Below, piece by piece: positions 35,998 through 43,200 of a stretch of 50,065 bases of DNA. Within the stretch, counting starts at the first letter, position 1, and each line of letters opens with the position of its first letter. This DNA is from Flavobacteriales bacterium (GTDB lineage: Bacteria > Bacteroidota > Bacteroidia > Flavobacteriales_D > UBA2798). The notes beneath the pieces are model-generated. The model did no database searches. It worked only from the letters and a program-made list of their open reading frames with translations, and was not told the origin of the DNA. The DNA lies in NCBI GenBank assembly GCA_046289975.1, contig JBKBUQ010000003.1, positions 1,252 to 51,316 on the forward strand, in the 5' to 3' direction. A program made the translations under genes and the position numbers.

Positions 35998-38424
35998 ATG
36001 ATTCGTTTTTATTCTGTATTGATGTTTTTCACACTACTCAGTCTTAATGGACTGGCACAACCCGTGCAAACCATTCGGGGCAAGGTGGTTGACAAGGAAA
36101 CCCAAATGCCATTACCGGGAGCGAATGTGCGCATATTGGGCGATAGCACAGGAAAGAACGGGGCATCAACCGATGCTGATGGCAAATTCAGAATAGAAGG
36201 TGTACCGGTCGGAAAAAGGTCTGTCAAGATCAGCTTCATCGGGTATATGGATAAAGTGTTGGACGTTGAAGTAAGCTCCGCTAAAGAAATTGTACTTTCC
36301 ATTGAACTGGAAGAATCGGCAACAACCATTGCAGAAGTGGAAGTGGTAGCGAGACAACGTGGAGAGGTAAACAACGACATGGCACTCACCAGCACACGAT
36401 CGTTTGATGTTGCAGAGACCGAACGATACGCCGGCTCACGTGGCGACCCTGCACGAATGGCTTCTAACTTTGCCGGTGTACAAGGTGCCGATGACTCACG
36501 GAATGATATTGTGGTGAGAGGAAACTCACCATTGGGTGTGCTCTACAAATTCGAAGGTTTTGATCTTCCCAATCCCAATCACTTTGCAATTGCAGGTTCG
36601 GCAGGCGGACCGGTGAGCGTGCTCAACAATAAAGTACTGGCAAATTCTGATTTTTTTACCTCTGCATTTCCTGCTGAATATGGCAATTCAACTTCGGCCG
36701 TTTTCGATTTGCGTATGCGTCCGGGCAACAACCAAAAACACGAATTCTCCGGTCAGCTCGGATTTCTCGGAACTGAACTAGCTGCAGAAGGGCCCATCAA
36801 TAAAAAAACAGGTTCCTCGTATATGCTGGTCTACCGCTATTCCACATTGAGTCTTTTTCAATCCTTGGGAATTAGTCTGGGCACCGATGCTGTTCCGCGC
36901 TACCAGGACCTCTCCTTCAAGTTCAATTTCCCCACAAAAAAAGGGGGCAACCTCTCCTTTTTCGGTATTGGAGGTAAATCGCTGATCGATATCCTTATTT
37001 CCAACCAGACAGCGCCGAAAGCAGATTTTTACGGTGAAGACGATCGCGACCAGTATTTCCGGACACAAATGGGGATGACGGGAATTACCTACACGAAAAC
37101 CATCAACGAAAAAACATTCATGCGTGTGGGAATTGCACAGGCACACGAACAAAACCGTGCCGAACATTTTTACATTCTTCGTCACGTAGATGCTGCAACC
37201 AATCTTTTTGTGGTTGATTCCATCTACCAGATCCTGAATTACCGCTTCAGGGTGAACCGCACAACCGGTATGGTAAGTTTTAATACCAAACTCAACAAGC
37301 AGCATGTTTTACGCTACGGAATCAACCTCAACATGATCCGTTTTAACATGTGGGATTCTGCCGTAAGTTTTATCGACGATCAGTGGAAACACCGTTGGCA
37401 AAACGATGAATACGGATTGCTCGGACAAGCCTACCTCCAATGGAAATGGCGCCCCAACGAAAAACTGGCAATGACAGCAGGATTACATAGTCAGTTCTTT
37501 AGCATCTCACAAAGTATTTCACCCATTGAGCCGCGAATCGGAATGCGTTATACCATCAACAACAAAAGCGCAGTATTCTTCGGCACAGGACTCCATTCGC
37601 AAACACAACCCTATTACACGTATTTCTATCGGTACCAAAATCCGGATGGAAGTCTGAAAGAACCCCACAACAAAGGCATGGGCTTTACCAAAAGTTTTCA
37701 TTCTGTTTTGGGATACGATTATGCATTTAACCCCACTATGCGCTTGAAAGCAGAAACCTATTATCAATACCTGTACGAAATACCTGTTGAGCAAAATCCA
37801 AGTTCGTTTTCACTCACCAATATGGGTTCCGGATTTTCCCGGTTCTTTCCGGATACATTGGTAAACAAAGGCACCGCGCGCAACTACGGGGTGGAAGTTA
37901 CACTTGAAAAATTCTTTAATAAAAGTTTCTTCTTTTTGGTTACCGGTTCTGTATTCGATGCAAAATACCGCGGCAGCGACGACACCTTGCGTAATACCGA
38001 TTACAATACAAAATATGCAGCTAATTTCCTTTTTGGAAAAGAATTCAGCATCAATAAAAAATCAACGATTGGACTTGGCGCAAAATTCACCACTGTAGGC
38101 GGACGCTGGCACGGCTATGTAGATTCGCTGGCCTCTGCAACAAACAACGAGCTTATCTTTCGTAAAGACGGCAACAACTCCATGCAGTTTCGTCCCTATT
38201 ACCGTTTCGATTTAAAGATCAATTACAAGATCAACGCAAAAAAGATCACACATGAAATTGCGCTTGACCTGGTGAATGTACTTGGAGTACAAAACATTCT
38301 CAACCTCACTTTTAATCCCGGTAACACTGCAATACCCTCCGGAAAAAACGATCCACCACGTTATTCGAGTTTCAATTACCAGCTCGGATTCCTGCCGTTG
38401 TTTTATTATAGAATCGATTTTTAG
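35998..38424 (+). CDS. TonB-dependent outer-membrane receptor with N-terminal carboxypeptidase-regulatory-like domain
   Basis: Signal peptide MIRFYSVLMFFTLLSLNGLAQ. IRGKVVDKETQMPLPGANVRI...GKFRIEGVPVGKRSVKISFIGY is CarboxypepD_reg-like. The plug shows RGDPARM..F.GVQG...ND.VVRGNSP. The barrel ends in an aromatic residue (YYRIDF). Confidence 0.88.
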   Translation: MIRFYSVLMFFTLLSLNGLAQPVQTIRGKVVDKETQMPLPGANVRILGDSTGKNGASTDADGKFRIEGVPVGKRSVKISFIGYMDKVLDVEVSSAKEIVLSIELEESATTIAEVEVVARQRGEVNNDMALTSTRSFDVAETERYAGSRGDPARMASNFAGVQGADDSRNDIVVRGNSPLGVLYKFEGFDLPNPNHFAIAGSAGGPVSVLNNKVLANSDFFTSAFPAEYGNSTSAVFDLRMRPGNNQKHEFSGQLGFLGTELAAEGPINKKTGSSYMLVYRYSTLSLFQSLGISLGTDAVPRYQDLSFKFNFPTKKGGNLSFFGIGGKSLIDILISNQTAPKADFYGEDDRDQYFRTQMGMTGITYTKTINEKTFMRVGIAQAHEQNRAEHFYILRHVDAATNLFVVDSIYQILNYRFRVNRTTGMVSFNTKLNKQHVLRYGINLNMIRFNMWDSAVSFIDDQWKHRWQNDEYGLLGQAYLQWKWRPNEKLAMTAGLHSQFFSISQSISPIEPRIGMRYTINNKSAVFFGTGLHSQTQPYYTYFYRYQNPDGSLKEPHNKGMGFTKSFHSVLGYDYAFNPTMRLKAETYYQYLYEIPVEQNPSSFSLTNMGSGFSRFFPDTLVNKGTARNYGVEVTLEKFFNKSFFFLVTGSVFDAKYRGSDDTLRNTDYNTKYAANFLFGKEFSINKKSTIGLGAKFTTVGGRWHGYVDSLASATNNELIFRKDGNNSMQFRPYYRFDLKINYKINAKKITHEIALDLVNVLGVQNILNLTFNPGNTAIPSGKNDPPRYSSFNYQLGFLPLFYYRIDF

Positions 38425-38446
38425 GGTTAGAGATGATAATATTTAA

Positions 38447-38604
38447 AGTGTTGAGGGTAAATTTCTGAAGGTCTTTAACCCCAATATTTGCGGCAACGAA
38501 AGTCTTTCTATTGATCTCGACCTGAGTAAAATGGCGTCTATTTAATTCATACGGTGAATGCGAATGGAAATCAGGTAGTGAAGAAAATGGTAGTCAATAA
38601 CTGA
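38447..38604 (+). pseudogene. Relic 3' end of a T9SS type A sorting domain (frameshifted, no gene body)
   Basis: It translates as SVEGKFLKVFNPNICGNESLSIDLDLS, then a 2-nt indel, then VYLIHTVNANGNQVVKKMVVNN-stop. This parallels SVEIYTLSGACIHQQNAFGNESLTIDLDLSNGVYFIHAINAKGNPIVKRVVVAK-stop at 41315-41479. The core 38491-38529 matches 41368-41406 at 38 of 39 nt. Confidence 0.8.
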
Positions 38605-38619
38605 GCTTTTTTAATCGAT

Positions 38620-38895
38620 TTATTTTTTCTTTTGATTTTCAACAAAAGAAAAAAGTTCCGCCGGTGAAATTTTTAACGCTCGTGAAATTGCAAATAATGT
38701 TGAGGCAGTAGGATTAATTTGCCCCTTTTCAATCCTAAAAATTTGCGATAAGGCTAGCCCAGATTCAAACGCCAATTCTTCTTGAGTAAATCCTTTTAGC
38801 TTTCGGATTTGCCGCAATTTCTGCCCCAATAAATCAAGCCCTTCCTGATCGCGAATTAATACTCTTTTTGCGGATTTTTTTCGGGTTCCTGACAT
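38620..38895 (-). CDS. XRE-family helix-turn-helix transcriptional regulator
   Basis: LRQIRKLKGFTQEELAFESGLALSQIFRIEKGQINPTASTLFAISRALKISPAELF is a canonical Cro/C1-type HTH. Length 91 aa. Confidence 0.9.
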   Translation of the reverse strand: MSGTRKKSAKRVLIRDQEGLDLLGQKLRQIRKLKGFTQEELAFESGLALSQIFRIEKGQINPTASTLFAISRALKISPAELFSFVENQKKK

Positions 38896-38929
38896 CCTTC
38901 AAATAGAATCAGGAAAAAAATCTCACACC

Positions 38930-38977
38930 ACAGCACTTGTGCTGTAATTTTTATCATAATTAAGCACTTGTGCTTAA
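38930..38977. promoter_or_regulatory. Twin palindromic operator candidates sharing the core AGCACTTGTGCT
   Basis: ACAGCACTTGTGCTGT (38930-38945) and TTAAGCACTTGTGCTTAA (38960-38977) are perfect palindromes. Their centres are 31 bp apart. They lie in the divergent intergenic region between the XRE gene and the downstream plus-strand genes. Confidence 0.6.
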
Positions 38978-38994
38978 TTTATAAATCAAATTTT

Positions 38995-39066
38995 ATGAGA
39001 CAAAAACTATTCGTTTTGACCCTTGTTCTAATATCGGCACAATTGGTTGCAGGAAACAAGAGGTAG
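38995..39066 (+). CDS. 23-codon signal-peptide-like mini-ORF (probable detached N-terminus of the next gene)
   Basis: MRQKLFVLTLVLISAQLVAGNKR-stop. It is in a different frame from ATG 39072, and that frame is open back to 38985. A single-nt indel near 39054-39066 would fuse the two. Confidence 0.35.
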   Translation: MRQKLFVLTLVLISAQLVAGNKR

Positions 39067-39071
39067 ATAAC

Positions 39072-40025
39072 ATGCAACAAAATTTTGTGGTGCCAACAGA
39101 TCCTTCAAAAATCGATCAGATTCTTAGTAAATTCGAAGAACAAATCCGTAATGGGAATCGTTCAAATGAAGTGTTCAACCTCGAAAGTGCCATTTGGCAT
39201 TTAGAAGGGCTTCTTAATAAAGAGTATAGCCGTTTAGATATTGTGCCAGATTCAACATTTTATCTTACCAACCAATTCAGTCTTAATAACCGCAACGAGT
39301 TTACTGTATCTGATTTAAATACGATTTATACCGATTTATCTTCTTACCTTGAGGGCAATATAGGGGCAAATCGTTTTTGCCGTGTTATTGATCTAGGTGC
39401 AGCTGTGAACCCCGGGGACATTACAATTTCTTTTGAAGTTAACGCAACCAATGAAAACATTCCTGAAGACAGGTCAGGAAGGTCATTTACTGATTTTAGC
39501 CCGGGAAACAGTTTTGTAGCATACTCATTTCAATCTGCTACTGGTTGCCATCAATATACACCAGACATCAACAATGCAGCTAAAAAAATTAATGATAAAT
39601 TGGATTGGCGCTTCAACATTGCCGCAATGGAATTCGATTGTTACTTTACAAACGTAACCGCTTGGACTCCTGATCCCAATGGCTTCACATTTGGAACATC
39701 AACTAATGTTTCATGCAACCCAGGCTGCTTATATACAGCAGGACATCTTGACTTAATTTGGAAGGGTATTACACCTTCTATTATGTTAGGATATACACCT
39801 CTTCAAAACTACCTTAATCTGGCACATAGTCAGATTTCCTTTTTAATTCCGCCTTATCCCTATCAAGTTTGTGATATTGATTATGGGGCCAGATGGATGT
39901 CTGATGACACACCTAATTGCCATCCATATATTGTAAACAACTATTGTTGCTCACAAACTTATTCTGTGAAGTTTTATCACTATTATAGATGGAAATATGG
40001 TATTCAAATATGCAGAAGACAGTAA
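39072..40025 (+). CDS. Cys-rich protein of unknown function (no signal peptide in the current frame)
   Basis: 317-aa ORF with about 12 Cys concentrated in the C-terminal half. It overlaps the next gene by 16 nt. No family was recognised. Confidence 0.6.
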   Translation: MQQNFVVPTDPSKIDQILSKFEEQIRNGNRSNEVFNLESAIWHLEGLLNKEYSRLDIVPDSTFYLTNQFSLNNRNEFTVSDLNTIYTDLSSYLEGNIGANRFCRVIDLGAAVNPGDITISFEVNATNENIPEDRSGRSFTDFSPGNSFVAYSFQSATGCHQYTPDINNAAKKINDKLDWRFNIAAMEFDCYFTNVTAWTPDPNGFTFGTSTNVSCNPGCLYTAGHLDLIWKGITPSIMLGYTPLQNYLNLAHSQISFLIPPYPYQVCDIDYGARWMSDDTPNCHPYIVNNYCCSQTYSVKFYHYYRWKYGIQICRRQ

Positions 40026-41479
40026 TCTTAATTATATTCTGTATGCATGCTGTTTTGACTCAGGGTCAAAACAGCATGCTCTATTTTCCACAATTTGAGA
40101 ATAACGTCAACCCTAAGTCAAATGGAACAACTTCTACATGGCTTTATTTTCTCTCATCCAATTCTGATAATTTATACTCTGAGTTTTTCATAACATCTTT
40201 TAATCTACAAAATATTGTTTTTCAAAGCATTTCACTTGGCTCATCAATTGCATTAACTGACATTGTAACACACAAACATTCTTCTTCATTATTCTTTGCC
40301 AATAATCACCCGCATATCGACAATCAACATTTCACTTCAAGTATCATCAAATTAAACAGCGGAATAATAACTGACAGCGTCTTCATCTCCTCTTCTCCTC
40401 ACAATAGCAAAATAATTGATTTAGCTGCAACTGACACAAATACAATAGTTGTTGTTTCATACGATCAATTTTTAACGCAACAAGCGCTTTATATTACACT
40501 TTGGGACACCAGCCTAAACTTCATTGATACCATTGCGGCAAACATTAATACCGGAAACACAATCGTACCCAGCAGACTCCGCATTGCGTTTAAAGATGGT
40601 AATATTGTATTGGCAGGTTTCGGAACTAATACCGGTGCATTTTTTAACGAATGCTATAAAATTGTGATTGACGCCAATGGCAACTACACCAACACCATTT
40701 CAATGGATTTTGTTCCCTATGTACAAAGTCAATTCAGTCAATCAGAAGCTGTAACAGCCAGTGTATTTAACCTTTTGGGGCCTGGAAACGACAGTATTTT
40801 TCCATTTAACAGCGAATATTCCACCGGAATACCTTGGGGTTGTTATTTTGGTTTACTCAAAGTCAATGATCAAAATATTCCTGTTGACCATGTCTTTTAC
40901 ACATTACCTACTCCTGAACAAATATCCTATTCGGACATGTGTTTTGGTAGCGACTCTTCTCTTATGGTTCTTGCTGTAGTTGATCGGTGTTGGGGAAGTA
41001 ATTTTGGAGGAGAGTCTATCAAACTATTAAAATTTGATCGCGAATTAAATCTGCTTTGGGAGCGCCATTATCCAAGAGATCCTGATATTATTTCTTATTT
41101 CTCTTCCAGTTTTACAGCAATTCCGGTAGGATATTGCGTTGCAGGTATAGCATATGAAGACATAACGTATACTCCTAAAGGGTTCCTCTTGTTTGTAGAT
41201 GAAAACGGTTCGCCGTTGGAAGTAAAAGAACAAATTAACACAACTAGTCTTTCAATTTTCCCCAACCCCAACAACGGAAGCTTTCATCTAACCTGGCCTC
41301 AGGAAAAAATTCTTAGTGTAGAAATTTACACCCTCAGCGGCGCATGCATACACCAGCAAAACGCATTCGGCAACGAAAGTCTTACTATTGATCTCGACCT
41401 GAGTAACGGAGTCTATTTCATTCATGCGATCAACGCCAAAGGAAACCCTATTGTGAAAAGGGTGGTGGTTGCGAAGTGA
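40010..41479 (+). CDS. Secreted protein of unknown function with type A T9SS C-terminal sorting domain
   Basis: ATG 40010 gives MQKTVILIIFCMHAVLTQGQ. The C-terminus is SLSIFPNPNNGSFHLTWPQEKILSVEIYTLSG...GVYFIHAINAKGNPIVKRVVVAK. Confidence 0.8.
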   Translation: MQKTVILIIFCMHAVLTQGQNSMLYFPQFENNVNPKSNGTTSTWLYFLSSNSDNLYSEFFITSFNLQNIVFQSISLGSSIALTDIVTHKHSSSLFFANNHPHIDNQHFTSSIIKLNSGIITDSVFISSSPHNSKIIDLAATDTNTIVVVSYDQFLTQQALYITLWDTSLNFIDTIAANINTGNTIVPSRLRIAFKDGNIVLAGFGTNTGAFFNECYKIVIDANGNYTNTISMDFVPYVQSQFSQSEAVTASVFNLLGPGNDSIFPFNSEYSTGIPWGCYFGLLKVNDQNIPVDHVFYTLPTPEQISYSDMCFGSDSSLMVLAVVDRCWGSNFGGESIKLLKFDRELNLLWERHYPRDPDIISYFSSSFTAIPVGYCVAGIAYEDITYTPKGFLLFVDENGSPLEVKEQINTTSLSIFPNPNNGSFHLTWPQEKILSVEIYTLSGACIHQQNAFGNESLTIDLDLSNGVYFIHAINAKGNPIVKRVVVAK

Positions 41480-41583
41480 AGTAACACCCTGTCTGGATGG
41501 TTATTAATACCTAAACACCCAGTTTTGCACTTTCTAAAGTGCTAAATCACCAATTCCGCAATAAAATTCTGAATTAAAGCCCC

Positions 41584-43116
41584 TTACAAGCTTCCCGTTT
41601 CCAGAAAACGCTTCCATTCCTCAAACTGGGAATTTCGGATAACGCGGGGAAATTTATTTTGTCCGCCTGCTTTGCCTTTGAGTTCCATATAAAGGTAAAA
41701 ACGCTCAATAGGAATCACTTCCAGAATAGGATCCTTGAGCGCGTGTTTGCGTTCGGTGGTGTAATCGTCGTTGAGTTCACAAAGTGCTTCGTCCAGCTTG
41801 CGCTTAAATGCTTCCCCGTCCACATCTTTATCTACACCAATGTACCAGTGGTGACGGAAACTGCCCTCGAAAGGTTCGCCGGCTACGGTGTATTCGTTTG
41901 CGTTAACGCCAAAAGCATCCATGGCCTTACGCATCCCCATGTTCATATTATCGACCGACAAATGTTCGCCGCAAAGCGAAAGGAAATGTTTGGTTCGGCC
42001 GCTAATAATCATTTCAAAATTCTTCTTATCGCGAAAACGTACAGTATCACCAATTAGATAACGCCATGCACCGGAACAAGTGGAAATAAGGATGGCATAA
42101 TCTACATCTTCCTCCACTTTTTCAATCGTCAATACCTCCGGGTTTTCACGGATGTTGCCATCAGCATCGAAATTGGAATCATTAAATGGAACAAACTCAA
42201 AAAAGACCCAGTTATCCAAAATGAGTTGCATTCCCTTTTGGTGTTCCGCCAACTGTAAAGCAAGGAATCCCTCTGAAGCAAGATAAGTATCAAGGTAATG
42301 AATATCGCGGCCCAGGTAGCTGCGGAACGATTCGCGGTAAGGTGTAAATGAAACCCCGCCGTGAACATAAATACTGAGGTTAGGCCAGATTTCGTGTATA
42401 TGTTTTACGTTGTGAAACTTCTTGATGCGATCAAACAACATCTGAATCCAGGCAGGAACTCCGCAAATAATACCGATGTCCCATTTAGGAGCTTCCATCG
42501 CCATCGCATCCAGTTTGTCGTTCCAATCAAGAATCTGCGCCATCTTCTTTCCGGGTTTGTAAAAACGATCAAACCAGCGGGGAATATTGTTCTGCAAAAT
42601 TCCACTGAGATCGCCTTCGTAACCGGCATCTATTTTTCGCAATGTGGTGGTACCTCCAACCATCAAAACGCCTTTCTCGTAAAACTCCGCAGGTAAATTG
42701 AAATCAGTAATGGAAAGCATCTGACGAACACTGGCCTTGCGGACTGCTTTGATCTGTCGCAAGCTTACCGGTACACGCTTGGAAGGAGATCCGGATGTGC
42801 CTGAGGTAAGTGCAAAATACTTGATCTTACCGGGCCAGGTGATGTTCCGTTTTCCCTTGAGTGTATGCACCCAAAACTCGCGGTGCAATTTATCATAATC
42901 GTAAATGGGTACGCGTCGGCTGAATTCCCCATACACATCTTCAACCAGCAACATTTCCTTAAACCCGTAACGCTTACCCATACGGGTGCTGCGCGCTTTC
43001 GATAAAAGTTTTCGAAGCGTTTTCTCCTGTAAACCCGCATCGTACTTCGTCAGGCGTTTACGAATGCGCTTGTTGATCTTGAGCAGTTCGGATAATATGG
43101 TTCCAACGTAGGCCAT
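41584..43116 (-). CDS. GH3 auxin-responsive-promoter family protein (adenylate-forming acyl acid amido synthetase-like)
   Basis: FALTSGTSGSPSKRVPVS (AMP-binding P-loop-like). Size and overall layout are typical of the bacterial GH3 family. The ATG at 43116 is preferred over the TTG at 43125. Confidence 0.75.
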   Translation of the reverse strand: MAYVGTILSELLKINKRIRKRLTKYDAGLQEKTLRKLLSKARSTRMGKRYGFKEMLLVEDVYGEFSRRVPIYDYDKLHREFWVHTLKGKRNITWPGKIKYFALTSGTSGSPSKRVPVSLRQIKAVRKASVRQMLSITDFNLPAEFYEKGVLMVGGTTTLRKIDAGYEGDLSGILQNNIPRWFDRFYKPGKKMAQILDWNDKLDAMAMEAPKWDIGIICGVPAWIQMLFDRIKKFHNVKHIHEIWPNLSIYVHGGVSFTPYRESFRSYLGRDIHYLDTYLASEGFLALQLAEHQKGMQLILDNWVFFEFVPFNDSNFDADGNIRENPEVLTIEKVEEDVDYAILISTCSGAWRYLIGDTVRFRDKKNFEMIISGRTKHFLSLCGEHLSVDNMNMGMRKAMDAFGVNANEYTVAGEPFEGSFRHHWYIGVDKDVDGEAFKRKLDEALCELNDDYTTERKHALKDPILEVIPIERFYLYMELKGKAGGQNKFPRVIRNSQFEEWKRFLETGSL

Positions 43117-43200
43117 TGCTCGCAAAATTAAAAGAATATGAACTCAGACCTTAAACCGAGGAATAGTCAATACGAGAATTTGTAAACAATAGCCTGAATT

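Noticed and set aside
41527-41542. Palindrome GCACTTTCTAAAGTGC between convergent genes, as a terminator
   Set aside because: The stem is 7 bp but the loop is only 2 nt and no adjacent U tract is present. This is not convincing as an intrinsic terminator.
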